DNA of 64,000 nucleotides from a virus (Duplodnaviria; Heunggongvirae; Uroviricota; Caudoviricetes): IMG/VR virus record IMGVR_UViG_2875703104_000004; one strand, 5' to 3'. Shown piece by piece: positions 58,969 to 64,000 of this stretch (position 1 is its first letter; each line of letters starts with the position of its first letter). The notes under the pieces were generated by a model. It saw only the letters and a program-made list of their open reading frames with translations, ran no database searches and was not told where the DNA came from. The position numbers and the translations under genes were made by a program.

Positions 58969-59423
58969 GCGGGATTAACGTGAAATACCGTTATGAGTTT
59001 ACGGACACGCTGGGGCTGGTGACGTCATTCAGTTATGCCAATGCCAAAGATGAGCAAAAAACGCATTACAGCGATACCCGCTGGCATGAAGATTCCGTGC
59101 GTAACCGCTGGTTCAGCGTNATGGCGGGGCCGTCTGTNCGCGTGAATGAATGGTTCAGNGCNTATGCNATGGCNGGTNTGGCTTACAGCCGNGTGTCGAC
59201 NTTCTCCGGGGATTATCTCCGCGTAACTGACAACAAGGGGAAAACGCACGANGTGCTGACCGGAAGTGATGACGGTCGCCACAGCAATACNTCTCTGGCG
59301 TGGGGAGCTGGCGTGCAGTTTAACCCGACCGAATCCGTGGCCATTGATATTGCTTATGAAGGCTCCGGCAGTGGCGACTGGCGAACGGATGCATTTATTG
59401 TTGGTATCGGATACCGTTTCTGA
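58969..59423 (+). pseudogene. lom: lom internal-to-C-terminal fragment with many ambiguous bases
   Basis: ..KYRYEFTDTLGLVTSFSYANAKDEQKTHYSDTRWHEDSVRNRWFS.MAGPS.RVNEWF...DNKGKTH.VLTGSDDGR...GYRF; n at many positions between 59120 and 59290. Confidence 0.6.
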
Positions 59424-59574
59424 CAACAGACGCCGATTTATCTTCTGTAAATATTGTTATGATACGCAGGTTCATCCGCCTTATGGGGTGAACTGCGTTT
59501 GAGGAAACGTAAAGTTACACTGTCCTGAAGCCCGTGGCGTCACTGCTGCGGGCTTTTTTTATTGGTGGAAAAGT

Positions 59575-59995
59575 ATGACAGTAAAAATTTCTGGCGTGCT
59601 TAAAGATGGCACAGGAAAACCAGTACAGAACTGCACCATTGTGCTGAAGGCCAGACGGACCAGCAGCACGGTGGTGGTGAACACGGTGGCCTCTGAAAAT
59701 CCGGATGAAGCCGGGCGTTACAGCATGGATGTTGAGTATGGCCAGTACAGCGTCACCCTGCTGGTTGAAGATTTTCCGCCTTCACATGCCGGGACCATTA
59801 CCGTCTATGAAGGTTCCAGACCAGGTACGCTGAATGATTTTCTCGGCGCCATGACGGAAGATGATGTCATGCCGGAGGCACTGCGCCGTTTTGAGCTGAT
59901 GGTGAATGAAGTGGCACGTCATGCCGGAGCATCATCACAGAGCGCAGCGGCAGCAAAGAAATCCGAAACTGCTGCGGCATCATCGAAGAACGCAA
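59575..59995 (+). pseudogene. stf: side tail fibre N-terminal fragment, truncated
   Basis: MTVKISGVLKDGTGKPVQNCTIVLKARRTSSTVVVNTV..; similarity ends after ..AAASSKNA at about 59992. Confidence 0.65.
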
Positions 59996-60196
59996 AAACG
60001 CTGCGAATATCACCTGAGACAATTTATAAAACGCTGTACTTTCGTAGCCGTGAAGCGCTACACCACCTGAATATACAGCATCTGCGACGGTCGCATAGCC
60101 TTCGCCATGGCAGGCGTCATACCCGCAAAGGCGAAAGAGGTATGAACCGCCCCGGGAATCCTGGAGACTAAACTTCCTGAGAAAGAGGTAAACAGG

Positions 60197-60523
60197 ATGA
60201 CTAAAAATACTCGTTTTTCCCCCGAAGTCCGTCAACGGGCAGTCCGTATGGTTCTGGAAAGTCAGAGCGAATATGACTCACAATGGGCGACAATTTGTTC
60301 CATTGCTCCAAAGATTGGCTGTACGCCGGAGACTCTGCGTGTCTGGGTTCGCCAGCATGAGCGGGATACCGGGGGCGGTGATGGAGGGCTCACCACCGCT
60401 GAACGTCAGCGTCTGAAAGAGCTGGAACGTGAAAATCGTGAACTGCGCCGCAGTAACGATATCCTTCGCCAGGCTTCCGCTTATTTTGCGAAGGCGGAGT
60501 TCGACCGCCTCTGGAAAAAATGA
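60197..60523 (+). CDS. IS3-family transposase OrfA (HTH)
   Basis: [53 protein letters not shown]..; leucine-zipper-like C-terminus. Confidence 0.85.
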   Translation: MTKNTRFSPEVRQRAVRMVLESQSEYDSQWATICSIAPKIGCTPETLRVWVRQHERDTGGGDGGLTTAERQRLKELERENRELRRSNDILRQASAYFAKAEFDRLWKK

Positions 60524-61410
60524 TGCCACTGCTGGATAAGCTGCGTGAGCAGTACGGGGTCGGACCGCTATGCAGCGAACTGCATATTGCCCCGTCAACG
60601 TATTACCACTGTCAGCAACAGCGACATCATCCGGATAAACGCAGTGCCCGTGCGCAGCGCGATGACTGGCTGAAGAAAGAGATACAGCGCGTATACGATG
60701 AAAATCACAAGGTATACGGTGTGCGTAAAGTCTGGCGTCAGTTGTTACGGGAAGGTATCAGAGTGGCCAGATGCACTGTGGCACGTCTCATGGCGGTTAT
60801 GGGACTTGCCGGTGTTCTCCGGGGTAAAAAGGTCCGTACGACCATCAGCCGGAAAGCCGTTGCCGCAGGCGACCGCGTAAACCGTCAGTTCGTGGCAGAA
60901 CGACCTGACCAGCTGTGGGTGGCTGATTTTACTTACGTCAGCACATGGCGGGGCTTCGTCTATGTGGCGTTCATCATTGATGTGTTTGCCGGATACATCG
61001 TGGGGTGGCGGGTCTCATCGTCCATGGAAACGACATTCGTGCTGGATGCACTGGAGCAGGCGTTATGGGCCCGTCGACCGTCCGGCACGGTCCATCACAG
61101 TGATAAAGGTTCTCAGTATGTATCGCTGGCCTACACACAGCGGCTTAAGGAAGCCGGATTACTGGCATCAACAGGAAGTACAGGCGACTCGTATGACAAC
61201 GCGATGGCGGAGAGCATCAATGGTCTTTACAAAGCGGAGGTAATACACCGTAAGAGCTGGAAAAACCGTGCAGAAGTGGAACTGGCCACACTCACGTGGG
61301 TGGACTGGTATAACAATCGACGATTGCTGGAAAGGCTGGGCCATACTCCTCCGGCAGAAGCAGAAAAAGCTTATTATGCTTCCATCGGAAACGATGATCT
61401 GGCAGCCTGA
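60520..61410 (+). CDS. IS3-family transposase OrfB (DDE integrase core)
   Basis: ..[33 protein letters not shown].. ..HSDKGSQY.. ..[17 protein letters not shown]..; -1 frame relative to orfA across an A-run at the orfA end. Confidence 0.85.
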   Translation: MMPLLDKLREQYGVGPLCSELHIAPSTYYHCQQQRHHPDKRSARAQRDDWLKKEIQRVYDENHKVYGVRKVWRQLLREGIRVARCTVARLMAVMGLAGVLRGKKVRTTISRKAVAAGDRVNRQFVAERPDQLWVADFTYVSTWRGFVYVAFIIDVFAGYIVGWRVSSSMETTFVLDALEQALWARRPSGTVHHSDKGSQYVSLAYTQRLKEAGLLASTGSTGDSYDNAMAESINGLYKAEVIHRKSWKNRAEVELATLTWVDWYNNRRLLERLGHTPPAEAEKAYYASIGNDDLAA

Positions 61411-61462
61411 GTTCACAGATAAAACACTCTCCAGGAAACCCGGGGCGGTTCATAGCAACCTA

Positions 61463-61950
61463 ATCAGAAATGGCTGACAGATATCACGGAGTTCCAACTC
61501 CCTGCAGGTAAAGTCTGGCTGTCACCGGTGGTGGACTGCTTCGATGGAAAAGTTATTAGCTGGTCTCTCAGTACACGCCCCGATGCTGAGCTGGTCAACA
61601 CTATGCTGGATAGCGCTGTCGAAACGTTAAATGCTGGCGAACGACCGGTGATACACAGTGACAGAGGTGGGCATTATCGCTGGCCAGGCTGGCTGGAAAG
61701 AGTGAATGCAGCAGGTCTTATTCGCTCAATGTCCCGTAAAGGATGTTCACCTGATAATGCCGCATGCGAAGGTTTTTTCGGCAGACTGAAAACGGAAATG
61801 TATTATGGGCGTAAATGGTCGGGCATCACGCCAGAAAAGTTCATGCAGCATGTAGATGCTTACATCAGATGGTATAACGAGCGGCGTATAAAATTATCGC
61901 TGGGTGCAGTCAGCCCTGAAATGTACCGCCAACAATGTGGGCTGGCATAA
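61463..61950 (+). pseudogene. C-terminal fragment of a different IS3-family transposase OrfB
   Basis: Begins at the IS629-like right end with ..PNQKWLTDITEFQLPAGKVWLSPVVDCFDGKVISW.. ..HSDRGGHY..; no N-terminal part upstream. Confidence 0.7.
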
Positions 61951-61977
61951 TAAAGCAGTCCAGGAAATCGTCCGCAT

Positions 61978-62480
61978 CCCCAATTCAGGGGCGGTTTTTT
62001 CTTTACGGTTTTTCGCCATAAAGACTATTACTATCAGACTGACAAGACTACCCGCGAAAGCCGGGAGTTCCGCGCCAAGATTAACAGCCACCAGATACTG
62101 GGGAATTAATGTACTGACACCACACATCAGGGTAATTAGTCCAACGCCTCGTATAGTCTTCATACCACCACCGATAATCGCGACGATGACGAAAGGAAGC
62201 AGAATGTTGAACAGTGCCAGTTGAAGAATAATTGTCCCGCTGAGTGTGGTTACAGGTAAATTAACTTGTTCAGCAAGTACAGAGACAGGTATACCTACTG
62301 CCCCAAACGCTGTAGGGACTGTATTAGCAACCAGTGATGCAATCGCTGCTTTTAGTGGGTTAAAGCCCAGAGCAATCAGTATACCAATGGGGATTGCTAC
62401 CGCTGTACCGTATCCGGCTGCCGCCTCAAGAAATCCACCAAAACACCATGAGATAAGAAGTACCTGGATACGTTTGTCAT
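61978..62480 (-). pseudogene. internal fragment of an LctP-family (lactate/glycolate permease-like) transporter gene
   Basis: Minus-strand translation ..LISWCFGGFLEAAAGYGTAVAIPIGILIALGFNPLKAAIASLVANTVPTAFGAVGIPVSVL..; hydrophobic throughout; both ends replaced by IS-derived sequence. Confidence 0.55.
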
Positions 62481-62910
62481 CACTAACGCTCGCTCAATCA
62501 TTTGGTCTGCTATCTCAACAGATTGCTTTCAACATTATTGTCAGAATCTGGAGCAGATTGAAGATCGCATACTTCAACTCGATCAGGAAATATCTCGCCT
62601 GTTACCTGAGTGATCTCTGTGCAATCTGGTCTGCCAGTTGCAGGCTCTTAAAGGTGTTGGTCAACTAATCGCAATAACCCTGGTTGCTGAACTGGGTGAT
62701 TTTTCGCGATTTTCCAATCCTGAACAGCTCATGGCTTTTCTGGGACTGGTGCCAGGTGAATATTCCAGCGGAAACAGCATTCGCCCCAGAGGAATAACAA
62801 AAGTTGGAAACAGCGAACTGAGACATCTGCTTTACGGATATCAAATAAATTCAGATTATTTAACAGTAAAACCCCACTTATGTGATGAATCTCATAAAAA
62901 AGCAAAGTGA
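62481..62910 (+). pseudogene. IS110-family transposase C-terminal fragment (frameshifted)
   Basis: ..LQALKGVGQLIAITLVAELGDFSRFSNPEQLMAFLGLVPGEYSSGNSIRPRGITKVGNSELRHLLY.. is the typical IS110-family C-terminal motif; upstream part is in another frame. Confidence 0.6.
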
Positions 62911-63143
62911 AGTAATAATATCCAATTTATCCCTCATTCCTTAAGTAAGCGTACACTGGCCGCGTACACCATGGCATAATGATATGTTGTTTTACTGATA
63001 TTTCCGGCTGGTAAAATCCCCGACGGCCCGGCTGAAGCTGGTGCAGGAAAGCGGGTTAATTGTCACTACGCGGGATAACCTGTCTGGCTGGATACAACGT
63101 ATTGCCACAGATATGCAGCAACTGCGTCAGTCCGGAATGTCAG

Positions 63144-63416
63144 TCATCTCCGGGGATGTTGGGGTCTCAGGCACACTGATCGGCCCCCCGTGTTGTTTCC
63201 GGGTACTGTTTTTGATTTATGCAACAAAGTATTGCAGCGTCGAATATGAGCTATGGCCAGATTTTTGTTAATCGTGGTTGTTGCAACATGTAAGGCGAAT
63301 GACCACACTATTCTGGCACGCTCGTAATCACGCTGAAATTCCGCTTCCTGTGCTGCCGTGAAGAGTTCCGACCAGGACATACGGCGAAGTGTATGTCTGT
63401 CAGTAATATCCGTCAT
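63144..63416 (-). CDS. hypothetical protein, third gene of an overlapping three-gene unit
   Basis: 90-aa ORF; ATG overlaps the stop of the upstream gene (ATGA); AGGAGG-like sequence upstream; no family recognised. Confidence 0.45.
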   Translation of the reverse strand: MTDITDRHTLRRMSWSELFTAAQEAEFQRDYERARIVWSFALHVATTTINKNLAIAHIRRCNTLLHKSKTVPGNNTGGRSVCLRPQHPRR

Positions 63417-63628
63417 GAGCTCTCAGCTTCCTCCTTCGTATTTCCGTCAGAAACACAAACGCCCCGCAGAGAAAATTCGCCAACATTCTCCTTTTTAATG
63501 GCGTGCAATGCATCGCGACAGGCCCGTTCGGTATGAAATGCCTGGCTGTGCACCGCCAGTGTGGGCTGCCGGGCATCACCGGAAGAGACATTAAAGGGAG
63601 ATGAAAGCCAGAAAATCAGTAGCCACAT
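63413..63628 (-). CDS. hypothetical small protein with hydrophobic N-terminus
   Basis: 71-aa ORF MWLLIFWLSSPFNVSSG.. with two Cys; starts 3 nt after the stop of the upstream gene. Confidence 0.4.
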   Translation of the reverse strand: MWLLIFWLSSPFNVSSGDARQPTLAVHSQAFHTERACRDALHAIKKENVGEFSLRGVCVSDGNTKEEAESS

Positions 63629-63631
63629 GCG

Positions 63632-64000
63632 TCACACCTCGTCCTTTTTATGCGGGTATCTGGCCAGAATATTGAGCGCCTGTAATGGAGCTTCATGCAT
63701 TTCACGGATACAACGGGCATCGGTGATGTTTTCCCTGTAATGCGTGGTTTCCAGCATCATATGATGCATATGCAGCATCCGGGCCAGGGCTGCACGGAGT
63801 TCTTCAATATGTTGTTCATGGGAATGCTGACGGGGTGGTATCCGGCAGAGAGGGATAACCTCCACATCATCCGGGTGCGCGCGAAGCCACGCGTCAGTGA
63901 CTGTAATGTCGTCAGTGTAAAACCATGTGCCGGATGTCCCGTTGGCCAGAAAACGCATTTTCCAGGCTTCTGGGGTGGCGGTTGTGTTGTTATCTTTCAT
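63632..64000 (-). CDS. hypothetical protein, C-terminal 122 codons (5' end beyond window)
   Basis: Open minus-strand frame running to the window edge; His-rich segment HSHEQHIEELRAALARMLHMHHMM; no family recognised. Confidence 0.45.
   Translation of the reverse strand: MKDNNTTATPEAWKMRFLANGTSGTWFYTDDITVTDAWLRAHPDDVEVIPLCRIPPRQHSHEQHIEELRAALARMLHMHHMMLETTHYRENITDARCIREMHEAPLQALNILARYPHKKDEV

Larger units (their letters stand above)
60143..61462 (+). mobile_element. IS3-family insertion sequence, IS629-like, with terminal inverted repeats
   Basis: Left end TGAACCGCCCCGGGAATCCTGGAGACT, right end ..CTCCAGGAAACCCGGGGCGGTTCA; contains orfA and orfB in -1 frame relationship. Confidence 0.8.

Noticed and set aside
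63041-63271. 76-aa plus-strand ORF overlapping the 3' end of the minus-strand operon
   Set aside because: It overlaps gene 63144..63416 on the opposite strand and its frame continues upstream without a stop, suggesting a reading-frame remnant rather than a gene; kept as unresolved.
1-64000. tRNA or rRNA genes, phage integrase, attL/attR
   Set aside because: No cloverleaf-compatible segments, rRNA-like conserved blocks or tyrosine/serine recombinase ORFs were found; the window holds only late-region modules, so prophage ends are probably outside it.

Overview
This 64-kb window is almost entirely late-region (packaging, head, tail, lysis) DNA from lambdoid tailed prophages of an enterobacterial, E. 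coli-like host. It reads like a draft assembly: single 'n' bases and N-runs sit between segments that repeat each other, and several genes are frame-disrupted. All protein calls rest on reading the six-frame translations against remembered lambda/HK97/phage-21 family motifs and gene order; no database search was run. Layout: (1) 1-16.7 kb, lambda-type head-tail module B(partial)-C-D-E-FI-FII-Z-U-V-G/T-H-M-L-K-I-J-stf', with B, H and J frame-broken. (2) 16.8-18.1 kb, junction carrying a TonB_C-domain lipoprotein gene, a small secreted-protein candidate and a duplicated cos end. (3) 18.1-33.2 kb, a second, diverged lambda-type module starting at cos: Nu1-A-W-B-C-D-E-FI-FII-Z-U-V-G/T-H-M-L. (4) 33.2-36.0 kb, lysis cassette: pinholin, unknown gene, SAR endolysin, small membrane peptide, Rz/Rz1, unknown gene. 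(5) 36.2-50.2 kb, HK97-type module: HNH endonuclease, TerS, TerL, fused prohead protease-capsid, portal, connectors, major tail, frameshifted chaperones, tape measure. (6) 50.2-58.0 kb, lambda-type tail tip M-L-K-I-J. (7) 58-60 kb, lom and stf remnants. (8) 60.1-62.9 kb, IS629-like element, IS3- and IS110-family transposase fragments and an LctP-family permease fragment. (9) 63.1-64.0 kb, three overlapping minus-strand genes of unknown function. No rRNA, tRNA, CRISPR array, integrase or att site was found. The best candidates for undescribed biology are the extra genes inside the lysis cassette, the TonB_C lipoprotein and secreted protein beside cos, the repeat protein in the HK97-type head module, and the terminal three-gene operon.
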